Assembly: GCA_016280825.1 (NCBI GenBank)
Contig: JAEEHL010000168.1
Coordinates: 1 to 48,960, forward strand
From: Verrucomicrobiota bacterium
Lineage (GTDB): Bacteria > Verrucomicrobiota > Kiritimatiellia > RFP12 > UBA1067
Length of the DNA: 48,960 nt
Direction: 5' to 3'
The position numbers and the translations under genes are program-made. The notes below the pieces were generated by a model. The model was not told where the DNA came from. It worked only from the letters and a program-made list of their open reading frames with translations, and made no database searches. Numbering within the stretch: the first letter of the stretch is position 1; each line of letters opens with the position of its first letter. Of the stretch, positions 18,387 to 26,203 are shown piece by piece.

Positions 18387-19618
18387 TGGCAATGCGCAGG
18401 ATAGCGATAGTCATGATATTCGCGGCTTCCCTTGCCGCCTTTGGAATCAATGTTCAATTCGGAGTAAGCGGACGCTCCGAGGAGATAGCGTACTGGATTC
18501 CGAGATACGACAGAACAGACCCATCAAATGACTGGTTCGGGATAACGCGCCCGATATGCGCCACGGACAGATATGTCAAGGTGTATGGCGACTACACTGG
18601 AAATGTGGTAGTTCCGCAAGTGGAACTATTTGCCCGATTGAGGGGGTACTACCTCGACGACGGGCAATGGGTCGAGGATTATCAGCCGTACGGCGAGGTG
18701 ATACGCTGGCGTAATCCGAATAATCCTTACGAGGTCACACTTGGGCATAACGCCTCGGCAGGAGGATTTTACGACGCCGTCGTGACAATCAACGGAGAGG
18801 CTATGCCGTTCGGCAGTACAGTCAGCAGTTATAATCACGCTGGCGTAGACCACGGGGTGTTAACCGTTCGCGGCGACCCTACTTCGCTTGTGATTAACGA
18901 TACATCCGTCTCGCGGACGATAAACGGGGTCGTAATACCGAGCGGCGAGGGAAAGCGGCTTCCTTTTCCGTTCTACCTGAAGACAACAGAAATACCGAAT
19001 GTCAGTTTTTGGGACGCATGGGACAATACGCCGATAACACAGGGCAGGGCGTATTCTAATGGCTCATACCTTCTTGGCTATACTGGCGACATCCGAATCA
19101 AAGACGGCTCCTCTCCGACGAACACCCCCCTTGAAAGACTTGTCTATTCATCGCAGACAGATACTCTTGGAAAGTTGCTGTACGCAAATAACGGCGACCT
19201 GATTTATTCCGAATACAAGATTCTTTCAACTAATCTTACATTCAACACGTGGTGGGATTTTGATGTAAACGACTGGGGCGGCTCGCCGAAGGCGATGATA
19301 AACGGCGAGGTGGTCTGCTCCTCGCACTCGACAGGTCACCTGATTGGGTATTATGTCTCAATGGAGGATATGAGAATTTCGCTGAATAGATATGCAAGGG
19401 GGTCGTTTACCATGACGCAAATCCCGACAGAAGGCTATACAGGCGGAGCCTGTGTCTATAAGTGCTGGGACGGGAGTATGCCAAATACACAACAGGGCTA
19501 TGCCGACACCCCTGCGGGGCACAAGGCTGAATATTCGGGCGGAACTGTCGGGGCGCGTTTCGAGGTTGTTCTTGACCTGCTCAATAGGACATGGACTGTC
19601 ACGGCGCATCCACTATGA
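18386..19618 (+). CDS. secreted hypothetical protein (possible receptor-binding or accessory)
   Basis: TAATG overlap. N-terminus MAMRRIAIVMIFAASLAAFG. Visibly more A/T-rich than the neighbouring genes. Confidence 0.7.
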   Translation: MAMRRIAIVMIFAASLAAFGINVQFGVSGRSEEIAYWIPRYDRTDPSNDWFGITRPICATDRYVKVYGDYTGNVVVPQVELFARLRGYYLDDGQWVEDYQPYGEVIRWRNPNNPYEVTLGHNASAGGFYDAVVTINGEAMPFGSTVSSYNHAGVDHGVLTVRGDPTSLVINDTSVSRTINGVVIPSGEGKRLPFPFYLKTTEIPNVSFWDAWDNTPITQGRAYSNGSYLLGYTGDIRIKDGSSPTNTPLERLVYSSQTDTLGKLLYANNGDLIYSEYKILSTNLTFNTWWDFDVNDWGGSPKAMINGEVVCSSHSTGHLIGYYVSMEDMRISLNRYARGSFTMTQIPTEGYTGGACVYKCWDGSMPNTQQGYADTPAGHKAEYSGGTVGARFEVVLDLLNRTWTVTAHPL

Positions 19619-19627
19619 CGCGAGCCG

Positions 19628-19656
19628 TTGACAGGCGGCTCCGTTTGTGATACACT
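19628..19656 (+). promoter_or_regulatory. late-type promoter TTGACA-N17-TGaTACACT
   Basis: Consensus -35 at 19628-19633 and extended -10 at 19648-19656, in the 90-nt gap before ATG 19709. Confidence 0.55.
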
Positions 19657-19708
19657 ACGCGGCAGAGAGGGCAACGGCGGCTTCGGTCGCAGAAAGGGCT
19701 TCGGTCTT

Positions 19709-20920
19709 ATGATAAAGATATATAAGGGCGACGACACGGGCGGGACGCTCGGCAAGAGGGTGGAGGTGGAAATCTCCACCCGATACGACCTCACGGGATG
19801 CACGGTCGTTTTCAACTATCAGGGCGCGGAACGTAGGTGGACTGGCGTGAGCGACGGCGACCGCATAGAGGTCTACTTCTCTCACAAGGAAACGTCCCGC
19901 ATGAGCGTCGGCACGTTCAAGGCGGTCATTTTCGCGGTGGACGCGTCGGGCAAGGTGCGCACAATCACCAACTCGCTCCCCATTCGCGTAAGCACGAACC
20001 TCGCGGAGTGCTACGGCGACAACCTCGCCACCGTCATAATCGGAGAGAGCGTCCCGTGGGGCAGGATAATCAATACGCCTACCACCCTCGCTGGCTACGG
20101 AATCACCGACAAGGTGGTGAAGACAGTCAACGGAAATGCGCCTGACGAAAACGGGAATATAGAGGTCGAGGAAGGCGGAGACGAGGGGCTTGCGCCTGAA
20201 TTTGTCGCCAATCAATTCTACTTCTACGGGGAACTCGTGAAGCACGAAGGCATCCTCTACGAGTGCAACGCGCTCAACGGCTATTCGGGCGAGTGGAACG
20301 GTGAGTACTTCAGCACGACAACGGCTTCGGCGGCGTTGCAGGACATTCGGCAGATGGCGGCGCAGAAGAGGTTTGTCGCAAGGTTCTACGAGGGGTCGGG
20401 CGGCGAACTTTTCAAGGTGAACGACATCCGCTGGCGTGACTTCGGGCAGTACGGGACGCTCCAGCGATGCACGAACGGCGGCGACGCGGAGACGGCTGAA
20501 TGGGAGGACACTACCATCGGCGACGTGCTTGCGCTCATAGCCGAGACCTCTGGCTCTTGGACGCGCAAGTACGTCGTGGTGTCTGGCGCGGAGTCCGACG
20601 AGGAAATGCCGACCCTCATGGACTTCGACGAAGGGCGAATCGTGTACGACGGCGGGGACGACGAGCAGATGCCGACCGCGCAGGAACTCCTCGGCGGCGA
20701 CATGGTGGCGGAACTCTACATGGCTGGCGAGAACCGTCAGGGGATTGAGATATATCACGACGGCATAATCATCGTGAAGCCCTACGGCGGCGAAATGCAG
20801 GTGTACGAGTGGAGCGTCGTCATCAGCGAAATCATGCCCGTGCAGACTGTGCTTGCGAAGATTTACGCGGCGGTGCAGGGCGACAGCGAGAAGCCCATTC
20901 TAATCGTGGAACTATCGTGA
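19709..20920 (+). CDS. tail fibre protein
   Basis: WGRIINTPTTLAGYGITD and VNGNAPDENGNIEV are classic fibre motifs. A CBM-like YFYGELVKHEGILYECNALNGYSGEW segment is also present. Confidence 0.7.
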   Translation: MIKIYKGDDTGGTLGKRVEVEISTRYDLTGCTVVFNYQGAERRWTGVSDGDRIEVYFSHKETSRMSVGTFKAVIFAVDASGKVRTITNSLPIRVSTNLAECYGDNLATVIIGESVPWGRIINTPTTLAGYGITDKVVKTVNGNAPDENGNIEVEEGGDEGLAPEFVANQFYFYGELVKHEGILYECNALNGYSGEWNGEYFSTTTASAALQDIRQMAAQKRFVARFYEGSGGELFKVNDIRWRDFGQYGTLQRCTNGGDAETAEWEDTTIGDVLALIAETSGSWTRKYVVVSGAESDEEMPTLMDFDEGRIVYDGGDDEQMPTAQELLGGDMVAELYMAGENRQGIEIYHDGIIIVKPYGGEMQVYEWSVVISEIMPVQTVLAKIYAAVQGDSEKPILIVELS

Positions 20921-20930
20921 GGTACAACCA

Positions 20931-22820
20931 ATGGCATACGGCAGAATAGACGACAACGGGCGGCTCATCCGCTATGGCTCGAAGGTGAAAATCAACGGCG
21001 TATGGGTTGACATCGAGAGCGCGGACGCGGCGGAGTGGCGGACGGAGAACGGCGTCAAGGAGTTAGTCGACGACGGCGGCGCGTCGTGCGTGTGCGACGA
21101 GTGCGAAGTGCCAGTTGCTACAGGCTGGGACGACTATGGCGCGACCTTCCACCGCGCCTACACCGCGACGGCTGTTGCCGTCGCGGGGGCGAGGGACATT
21201 GCGAGGGCGTGCAAGGGCGCGGACGTGGCGTCGATGACGGAAGACCAGAAGGACGCTCTGTTGCAGAAACTCGTAGCCGCGCTTTCGCTTGCGCTCGTTC
21301 TCGTATTTCCCGTATTCGCAACGGTTCAGACGACGGTTCATACGGCGCGTCGCGGCGACCTAACGAGCAACAGCACGGTGGTGACGAATGTAGAGGTGGC
21401 TATTACGGAGAGCGACCCCGTATGGGGCGCGGAGAAATCGGACTACGCGACCGCCGCCACTCTTGTCGAGGCGACAAACGAAGTGCTAAACGCGGCTATG
21501 TCCTATGCCGACACGCGGGCTACGGAGGAGGGCGTTCTTGGAATGAACACCGCAATCGAGGTTTCCACCAACTACACGGACTGGGCTATATCTAACCTCA
21601 AGTCATCCTACTCGTGGAACAGACCCGACGCGTGGGCGATTGACGGTTCCATAGACAGGGCGGAACTCGTTGACTCCTCTACCACGGAGGAATACACGAC
21701 CGACGAGGCGGGGCGCATCTGCTCGAACATCACCTATTCCACGACGTACCAGATGGCGGCGCAGTGTACGCCGCGTATGCTGGACGAGTCGTCCATGAAC
21801 TTCCCCGCGATACAGACTTGGGAGGTGTTGCCGCCTGCTGGCGGGACGATAGACGAGAACGGGCATTTCACCGCGACGACGAGCGGTCTTTTCCGCGTGT
21901 GCGCTACCGACGAGTTCGGCACGAAGAAGTACGCCGACGTTGCGCTCTCGGCGGAGCGCACGGAAATCGTCTCCAACCTGACGGCATACGCCGCAGACAA
22001 CGCGGCTGTCGCGCCTCTCCGCGCCGCCTGCCATGCGAGCGTCCTCGCCGTCCTGAACGCGGCGACCGACTGCACGACGAACAGCATAGCAGGCGTTCCG
22101 CCCTTCACGACGTGGCACACCTTCAAGCCGAAATTCGTCGCACAGGCGGACTGGACGCGTGACCCGACGCGAGACCCTGGCGACTGGCGTTGCTGGGCTG
22201 TCTCGGCGCACGTCATGGCGAGCGCAAACCACCACTGGCCGAAACGCTACAACGAGCAGACCTTCTTCGACGGCACGAACACGGCGACGGTCGTGAAGTC
22301 GGTATGGTACGACTTGAAGGACTGGGCGTTGAAAAACGGCTTCACGGCGGCGGAGGCGGCGGACGTGGACGACCTCGCGCTCATCGGGTGTTCGGGCGGC
22401 GAAATCCCCTACGCCTGCCGTCCGTACTTCATCCCGCCCGAAAAGTTCGAGCGGCTTCTTGCGAACGACGCCCGTATGCTCTGCGGCTGGCACATATCGC
22501 AACACTCCGAATGGGCGATGCCGATGGTGTTCTCCTACGGGGTGCGCTTTGTGGGCTTCTCTCGCTTCACGGGCTTCTCTCCGCGAGGCGAAACGCGGCT
22601 CGACATAAAGGCGCGGCTCGCCGCGATGGACTTCACGCGCTACCAGCCGCACGGCGGCGACAGCGGCCTGCCGATATTCCTGACGGACGGGACGCGGGAA
22701 ATAGCCGTGGCGCACTTCACCTCGGCTAGAGGCTGTCGCGCAGACTACATCGCGGGGTACAAAATTATCAAGGCTTTCGTGGAGCAGGTCTACCACGAGA
22801 CGCTGAAGGAGGTGGAATGA
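20931..22820 (+). CDS. tail-module protein with a C-terminal trypsin-like serine protease-like domain
   Basis: 629 aa with ordered WAVSAHVM (His427), DVDDLALIG (Asp481) and HGGDSGLPIF (Ser578). A hydrophobic segment LVAALSLALVLVFPVFATV lies near residue 115. Confidence 0.65.
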   Translation: MAYGRIDDNGRLIRYGSKVKINGVWVDIESADAAEWRTENGVKELVDDGGASCVCDECEVPVATGWDDYGATFHRAYTATAVAVAGARDIARACKGADVASMTEDQKDALLQKLVAALSLALVLVFPVFATVQTTVHTARRGDLTSNSTVVTNVEVAITESDPVWGAEKSDYATAATLVEATNEVLNAAMSYADTRATEEGVLGMNTAIEVSTNYTDWAISNLKSSYSWNRPDAWAIDGSIDRAELVDSSTTEEYTTDEAGRICSNITYSTTYQMAAQCTPRMLDESSMNFPAIQTWEVLPPAGGTIDENGHFTATTSGLFRVCATDEFGTKKYADVALSAERTEIVSNLTAYAADNAAVAPLRAACHASVLAVLNAATDCTTNSIAGVPPFTTWHTFKPKFVAQADWTRDPTRDPGDWRCWAVSAHVMASANHHWPKRYNEQTFFDGTNTATVVKSVWYDLKDWALKNGFTAAEAADVDDLALIGCSGGEIPYACRPYFIPPEKFERLLANDARMLCGWHISQHSEWAMPMVFSYGVRFVGFSRFTGFSPRGETRLDIKARLAAMDFTRYQPHGGDSGLPIFLTDGTREIAVAHFTSARGCRADYIAGYKIIKAFVEQVYHETLKEVE

Positions 22821-23989
22821 CAATGACGGGTATGCTTATCCTCGCGGCTCTTTTCATGCCGCAGACTTCGCAGTTGACGCTCCAGAACGAGCCGTTGATG
22901 AAGGGCGAAGCCGCCTACATCGAGAGCAACGACGAAGGCTACGCGAACGTCGTAGTTGGCGGCGACAACGGCAAGACGCTCCGCGTGGCTGACGACGCCA
23001 CAGTCCACGGCTACGAATACGAGTATGTTGACCGCACGAAGGCGACAATCATCGCAGGCGACGGAATCACCTACAACGGCTCGAACGACAGGTACACGGC
23101 GAACAGCGCGACGGGAACGTACTCGCTCGTCATTATGATACCGCCCGACTACACGATTGACGCGCTGGAGTACACGGAGTACGCGGCGTATAATGATATG
23201 GTGGATATATCCAACGGGCATATCTCGCACATCATCAACGGCAATACGGCGACCATCACAATGGAGCGCGAGGAGACGCGGGGCGATATGTTCGTGCAGA
23301 ACATCAGGATTCGCCGCGTCTTGGCTGGAAACGCCGAGAAGGTGAACGACCTGACGAAACTGGAGTTCACCCTGCTGGACGACGAGGGCGGCTACGAGTG
23401 GCGGTCGCTCCGTACTTGGGTGAAGCACCTGTACGACTATAACCGAGGCGAAGATTGGGCGGCGTTCAAGGCGAAATCCCGCGTCAACACGGACGGCAAG
23501 GGGCTTCAGATTTCGGCAAACAACCGCTTCGCAATCGAGACCGCCGAGACGCAGACAGTGTTCCGCGCCGCCGCGCACGACGCAATCGTGGTGAAGGCGA
23601 CAGGCACGGGCGAGGGCTACGAGGGCGCGTTCAACCCGACTGGCATAAGACCGTTCGACGGCGGGGTGTACATCCCGTTCTCCTTCGACATTACGGGCTT
23701 CGACCCCTCTGCCCTTGTGATACGCGGCGCAACGAACGTCGCGGACTGCGCGACGAACAACTGGACTTCCATGCCCTTTACCTATGCGACGAACATCGTG
23801 ACCGTCACCTGCTCCCCCGCGTACAGGTTCTTTCAGGCGGTCTACAACGGCACGATAATCGACACGGCGGAAGTCGCCGTGAACGTCCCTCTGAAGGTAA
23901 ACTCCGCGCTCTACCTGAAGGGCGAGGACAACATCATCTACCAGATAACGGTCTCGGGCGGCGTAATCTCGGCAACGGCGGTGAACTGA
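22817..23989 (+). CDS. hypothetical tail-module protein with a signal-like N-terminus
   Basis: ATGA coupling. N-terminus MTMTGMLILAALFMPQTSQ. 390 aa. Confidence 0.65.
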   Translation: MTMTGMLILAALFMPQTSQLTLQNEPLMKGEAAYIESNDEGYANVVVGGDNGKTLRVADDATVHGYEYEYVDRTKATIIAGDGITYNGSNDRYTANSATGTYSLVIMIPPDYTIDALEYTEYAAYNDMVDISNGHISHIINGNTATITMEREETRGDMFVQNIRIRRVLAGNAEKVNDLTKLEFTLLDDEGGYEWRSLRTWVKHLYDYNRGEDWAAFKAKSRVNTDGKGLQISANNRFAIETAETQTVFRAAAHDAIVVKATGTGEGYEGAFNPTGIRPFDGGVYIPFSFDITGFDPSALVIRGATNVADCATNNWTSMPFTYATNIVTVTCSPAYRFFQAVYNGTIIDTAEVAVNVPLKVNSALYLKGEDNIIYQITVSGGVISATAVN

Positions 23990-24258
23990 TGCGGATTGAA
24001 ATCAGGCTTGTGGACGCGGGGGCTGACGGAAAGTACGTCGGCTTAAAGGGCTTGCGCTGTCCGTCCGTGCGCGTGTTCCGCGAGGCAGGCGACAAGGTGC
24101 GGCTGAACAACCTCGCGCCGCAGATTGAAAGGGCGTTCCGCGCCGCCACAAGCGAAATTATCAGACAGGCAAGAGGGGAGGAGTGGAATGTGCAAGAAGT
24201 TGACCGACGAGTGCTGTGTGCTGGCCGAACAGCAGAAAGAACTCAAAGCGAAGGTTGA
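23989..24258 (+). CDS. small hypothetical protein
   Basis: TGATG overlap. 89 aa. The last ~70 nt overlap the next CDS and look less like coding sequence. Confidence 0.4.
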   Translation: MRIEIRLVDAGADGKYVGLKGLRCPSVRVFREAGDKVRLNNLAPQIERAFRAATSEIIRQARGEEWNVQEVDRRVLCAGRTAERTQSEG

Positions 24259-24550
24259 GGGCATGGACGTACGCCTCACGAAGGTCGAGGAGGACGTTGG
24301 CAAGGTGCGCTCCGAGACGCAGGAGGGCTTCAAGTCAAGCGCGGTCGCCATGCGCGAGATAAGCGCGTCCGTGGCGAACCTCGCGCACGACTTCGGGCAA
24401 CGCTTCAACAACATCGAAACGACGGTCGTTGCGGAGAAGGTGAAGTGGGGCGAGACGCTTCGCTGGGTGGTAAAACTCTCCGTGAAGGTTCTGCTTGCTG
24501 GGGCGGCTGTGGCGATGGGCGTCACGGCATGGAACAATTTTATTAAATAA
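24188..24550 (+). CDS. XhlA-like coiled-coil protein with a C-terminal TM helix (lysis-associated candidate)
   Basis: Strong SD ggggaggag. A coiled coil (LTKVEEDVGKVRSE) is followed by WVVKLSVKVLLAGAAVAMGVTAW. ATG 24263 is an alternative start. Confidence 0.5.
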   Translation: MCKKLTDECCVLAEQQKELKAKVEGMDVRLTKVEEDVGKVRSETQEGFKSSAVAMREISASVANLAHDFGQRFNNIETTVVAEKVKWGETLRWVVKLSVKVLLAGAAVAMGVTAWNNFIK

Positions 24551-24582
24551 ACACAAACAAAAAACAAAAGGGATAAAACAAA

Positions 24583-24933
24583 ATGAGCAGGCTAAAACTG
24601 TTGATTAAACTCGTATTCGGCATCGGGAACGCGGTGTCGTATGCGCTCGAAGTGCTGAATAGGGCGATTGCGGCAATCGACCCCGCCAAGAAGGAGAAGA
24701 TACAACACGCGCTGAACGTCGCGGAGCAGGTGCTTTCCGTACTCCAGACGCTGAAGTTCCTCTGCCCTACAAAGTGGCAGACGGCCTACGCGAAATCCGT
24801 CCTCGCCGTGCAGAAGGTGGTATTCGCGCTTGCAGACCTCGTTATCACCGAGGAGGAACTGAAGAACATCGCGTCGGACTTCGACGCGGCGGTTATCGCG
24901 TGGAACGGCGACGACGACGAAACGTGCGTATGA
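24583..24933 (+). CDS. hypothetical protein with a hydrophobic N-terminus
   Basis: 116 aa. LLIKLVFGIGNAVSYAL at the N-terminus and an A-rich leader. Confidence 0.55.
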   Translation: MSRLKLLIKLVFGIGNAVSYALEVLNRAIAAIDPAKKEKIQHALNVAEQVLSVLQTLKFLCPTKWQTAYAKSVLAVQKVVFALADLVITEEELKNIASDFDAAVIAWNGDDDETCV

Positions 24934-25019
24934 GCGGAATTGAGAAAGTCAGCGCGGGAATGTGCGCGCTCGTCGCGCTTGCGTCGATGCTCGCAATCGC
25001 CTACGCGATTTTCGGGTAA
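24930..25019 (+). CDS. 29-aa single-TM peptide (candidate)
   Basis: ATGA coupling. Sequence MSGIEKVSAGMCALVALASMLAIAYAIFG. Confidence 0.35.
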   Translation: MSGIEKVSAGMCALVALASMLAIAYAIFG

Positions 25020-25041
25020 AACAAACACAAGGAGAAAAACT

Positions 25042-25587
25042 ATGGGAAAGACATACAAGGGCAAGGCGAAGGTTAGGGCTAAAATCGACAAGGCGAAGCG
25101 CAAGATTGCGCGGAAGGTCAAGGGGAAGGACATCGCGGCTGTCGCGCTGTTCCTCTGCCTGTCCTGCCTTGTATGCGGCTGTCTGGAGACGCAACCCGCG
25201 AGCAGGGCGACGACGGCCAACTACCGCTTCGAGTTCGAGTTCGACGACTCGGCGCGAAACAACACCGTCAACATTACGCTGGGCGACGGCGCGTTGGCGA
25301 GCGCGGACTCCAGCGGCTCGACGGAGACGCAGACCGCTACGCCGTCCATGAGCATACCCGTCCGCGTGGACGCGAGGTACAACGACCCCGTTAAGTCGGG
25401 CGGCGACGCAATCACCGCCGCGATAAAGGGCTTGACCCCTGCGGCGCAGGCGTTGCTCGAAAAGGCGACACGCGAGAAGTACACGGGGTCGCTCAACCTC
25501 GAAAAGGAGGACGGGACGACTATGCAGGTCGATTGCATTGACGGCAAGTGTACATCCTGTATCGACTGCGTTCCGACTGGCACTTGA
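25042..25587 (+). CDS. putative lipoprotein with a polybasic N-terminal extension and a Cys-rich C-terminus
   Basis: SD aaggag. The first 29 residues MGKTYKGKAKVRAKIDKAKRKIARKVKGK are followed by AAVALFLCLSCLVCGC (lipobox-like). The C-terminus is CIDGKCTSCIDC. Confidence 0.6.
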   Translation: MGKTYKGKAKVRAKIDKAKRKIARKVKGKDIAAVALFLCLSCLVCGCLETQPASRATTANYRFEFEFDDSARNNTVNITLGDGALASADSSGSTETQTATPSMSIPVRVDARYNDPVKSGGDAITAAIKGLTPAAQALLEKATREKYTGSLNLEKEDGTTMQVDCIDGKCTSCIDCVPTGT

Positions 25588-25612
25588 CAGCGCGACGCGC
25601 ATTTGATAGAAT
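25584..25612 (+). promoter_or_regulatory. consensus promoter TTGACA-N17-TGaTAGAAT
   Basis: The -35 overlaps the lipoprotein stop codon. The -10 is at 25607-25612. A terminator hairpin begins ~30 nt after the predicted start site. Confidence 0.6.
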
Positions 25613-25618
25613 ACGCGC

Positions 25619-25685
25619 CAGACCTCCATCGCAGAGGTTCCTTTCTACCCCGCTTGATTTCCCGTCGGCGGGGTGATTTATTTTC
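25619..25685 (+). ncRNA. candidate short (~65 nt) terminated transcript
   Basis: Predicted start ~25619. Hairpin 1 is gacctc/gaggtt (25621-25639). Hairpin 2 plus the T-tract lie at 25647-25685. No ORF. Confidence 0.3.
25647..25685 (+). terminator. intrinsic terminator-like hairpin at the end of the late module
   Basis: accccgc (25647-25653) pairs with gcggggt (25668-25674), followed by gatttatttt. Confidence 0.5.
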
Positions 25686-25851
25686 CCCGCAGATTACCCG
25701 CGCAGGGCTTCCGTGGGCGCGTCCGCGCCGTCCGCCCGTGCAAACGCCTACGCCACAAGGGGAACGCGCCCTGCGAGCGAATTTGCGCGTTATGCGCGAC
25801 GCCCCGCTTCTTCAGGCGAAAACGGGCGTTGCCCCCCCCCTATACCCCCCT

Positions 25852-25886
25852 CTATAAAATACAATAAAATATAATATAATATATTA
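25852..25886. other. AT-rich island (35 bp almost pure A/T), preceded by C9 and C6 tracts
   Basis: ctataaaatacaataaaatataatataatatatta sits in an otherwise GC-rich genome. C9 at 25832-25840 and C6 at 25845-25850. Confidence 0.8.
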
Positions 25887-25947
25887 GTCTACGCCGTAGT
25901 ACGGCGAAGACTACGCCGTAGTATGCGACGGACTACGCCGTAGTATA
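25887..25947. repeat. iteron/operator array 1: three copies of CTACGCCGTAGTA at exact 22-bp spacing
   Basis: Copies start at 25889, 25911 and 25933. The core ACTACGCCGTAGT is a 13-bp palindrome about its central base. Confidence 0.85.
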
Positions 25948-25996
25948 GGAGGCGGCTGTCGCGGCGGCGAAAATCCAGCGCAGGGAACGCCGCATC

Positions 25997-26071
25997 GTTT
26001 TTGCCCTTGTTTTTATGGGGTGAAAACGAGGCGACTCGCGTTTTGCCCTTGTTTTTAGGGGATGAAAACGA
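25997..26071. repeat. two copies of a ~33-bp palindromic motif (CGTTTT-GCCC-N9/10-GGGG-GAAAACG)
   Basis: 25997-26029 and 26040-26071, with centres ~41.5 bp apart. The same motif class recurs three times at 45124-45235. Confidence 0.75.
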
Positions 26072-26095
26072 CATTGGAAATTTTCAAATTTTCAC

Positions 26096-26124
26096 TTTAC
26101 AAATATGCGAAAATTTGGTATAAT
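26096..26124 (+). promoter_or_regulatory. early promoter TTTACA-N17-TGgTATAAT
   Basis: -35 at 26096-26101 and -10 at 26119-26124. The spacer aatatgcgaaaatttgg is shared with three other promoters. An A-tract repeat aaattttcaaattttca lies upstream. Confidence 0.7.
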
Positions 26125-26203
26125 TCATAACCGTCAAGAGGGGAATAGGCCAAGTGGCCGACCCCCGACCCTTGGCAAGACGGGAAAAATGACGGAGGTT
26201 GAG

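Noticed and set aside
25887-25947. CRISPR-like interpretation of the 22-bp periodic repeats (also 48422..48543)
   Set aside because: The repeat is 13-15 bp with only ~7-bp spacers, there are only three to six units, the repeats are palindromic operator-like sites, and no cas genes are present.
25603-26074. ORFs 25603..25857 (+), 25673..25867 (+) and 25889..26074 (-) in the control region
   Set aside because: They read through a terminator hairpin, the poly-C tracts and the iterons. They have no SD, and their Arg/Pro-rich translations look non-coding.
26105-26188. The 5' extension of the first early ORF (track start 26105)
   Set aside because: The start would lie inside the promoter, upstream of the -10 at 26119-26124. 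Internal ATGs at 26189 and 26204 have better context.
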